The position numbers and the translations under genes are program-made. This document shows positions 59,300 through 60,199 of a stretch of 60,199 nt of DNA, in pieces. Origin of the DNA: a virus (lineage: Duplodnaviria > Caudoviricetes); the IMG/VR virus record IMGVR_UViG_3300027805_000014, positions 1-60,199 of that record; one strand, written 5' to 3'. Under the pieces are notes generated by a model. That model had not been told where the DNA came from. It made no database searches and was given only the letters and a program-made list of their open reading frames with translations. Each line of letters opens with the position of its first letter. The stretch's first letter is position 1.

Positions 59300-59886
59300 A
59301 GCTACTTGAGATAACCCAGAGATCAGTTACCGACCTGAAGATCAAGTACACAGGTGGTGACTTCTTCTGCAGTAACAACCAGTTGGCATCCCTTGAAGGA
59401 GCACCATCCCATGTAGGTGGTGACTTCTTCTGCAGTAACAACCAGTTGACATCTCTTAAAGGTGCACCGTCCCATGTAGGTGGTCGCTTCTACTGCAATA
59501 ACAACAAGCTGACATCCCTTGAAGGTACCCCATCCCGTGTAGGTGGTGACTTTACCTGCTACAACAACCAGCTGGCATCCCTTGAAGGAGCACCATCCCA
59601 TGTAGGCGGCGGCTTCTTCTGCTACAGCAACCAGCTGACATCGCTCAAGAACATCCACAAGATCATCAAGGAGATAAATGGTGTGTTTTGTTGCCACAAC
59701 AACCCAATCAAGGAAGGTCTGCTGCACATCCTGCTGATCAAGGGGGTAACAGAAGTAGGTACACCTTGCCCAAAAGCAGACATGATAATCAACGAGTACC
59801 TTAAGACAAACCCATCTGGCTCAATTAGAGCAGCTTTAGATGTGCAGCAGCTGTTATCAGATGCAGACGTGGAGTATCCAAGATGA
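59296..59886 (+). CDS. Variable LRR protein (5 repeats + cap)
   Basis: ATGA-coupled paralog. Confidence 0.88.
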   Translation: MKLLEITQRSVTDLKIKYTGGDFFCSNNQLASLEGAPSHVGGDFFCSNNQLTSLKGAPSHVGGRFYCNNNKLTSLEGTPSRVGGDFTCYNNQLASLEGAPSHVGGGFFCYSNQLTSLKNIHKIIKEINGVFCCHNNPIKEGLLHILLIKGVTEVGTPCPKADMIINEYLKTNPSGSIRAALDVQQLLSDADVEYPR

Positions 59887-60199
59887 AGCTACTTGAGATA
59901 AAACAGAAGTCAGTTGCTGACCTGAAGATAGAGTACACAGGTGGTGCCTTTGTCTGCTACAACAACCAGCTGACCTCCCTTGAAGGTGCACCATCCCATG
60001 TAGGTGGTGACTTCTTCTGCAACAGCAACCAGCTGACCTCCCTCGAAGGAGCGCCATCCCATGTAGGTGGCGACTTCTGGTGCTTCAACAACCAGCTGAC
60101 ATCCCTTGAAGGTGCACCATCCCATGTAGGTGGTGACTTTTCCTGCTACCACAACAAGCTGACATCCCTTGAAGGTGCACCATCCCATGTAGGTGGTGA
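59883..60199 (+). CDS. Variable LRR protein, 5' part (4 repeats before the window end)
   Basis: ATG 59883 overlaps the upstream stop; MKLLEIKQKSVADLKIEYTGGAFVCYNNQL... Confidence 0.85.
   Translation, partial: MKLLEIKQKSVADLKIEYTGGAFVCYNNQLTSLEGAPSHVGGDFFCNSNQLTSLEGAPSHVGGDFWCFNNQLTSLEGAPSHVGGDFSCYHNKLTSLEGAPSHVGG

Noticed and set aside
58644-60188. Antisense ORFs over the LRR array (also 298..570)
   Set aside because: Shadow frames produced by the stop-free repeat; no independent signals
58700-60199. CRISPR-like alternation of constant and variable segments
   Set aside because: Period is exactly 21 codons, in frame in intact ORFs; the variable part has fixed F/C/N codons; no cas genes
1-60199. 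Complete classical DGR
   Set aside because: No reverse transcriptase, Avd or non-coding template repeat recognisable; kept only as a hypothesis
1-60199. tRNA genes, integrase, or stop-codon reassignment
   Set aside because: No cloverleaf or recombinase motif noticed by eye; standard-code ORFs tile the window densely

Overview
This is part of a large T4-like (late-promoter TAAATA type) contractile-tailed phage genome in two opposed blocks. The + strand (about 58.6 kb, through the window junction, to 32.3 kb) encodes a tandem array of variable leucine-rich-repeat (LRR) genes, baseplate genes (gp25, gp6-like), two giant structural proteins, a fibre, spanins, an M23+GH108 lysin and PAAR. The - strand (58.5 to 32.3 kb) encodes nucleotide and replication functions (P-loop kinase, DEDDh exonuclease, family B polymerase, RNase H, primase, helicase), homing endonucleases and putative head-core or internal proteins. 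Four observations stand out. (1) An ATGA-coupled array of near-identical LRR genes sits behind a late-promoter motif; its 63-bp repeats vary mainly at four predicted surface codons, nearly all NNY, and the genes begin with an MKLLE leader shared with other putative head-packaged proteins. This is a candidate phage repertoire of diversified, injected binding proteins. (2) The last base of the window joins the first base in frame inside that array, so the sequence behaves as a 60-kb circle, yet no capsid, portal, terminase or sheath gene is recognisable. (3) The polymerase gene is fractured by a Ser-type split intein with a free-standing endonuclease between the halves. (4) A ligase-like KxDG protein lies among the putative core proteins. 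All calls come from reading motifs by eye; no searches were run.
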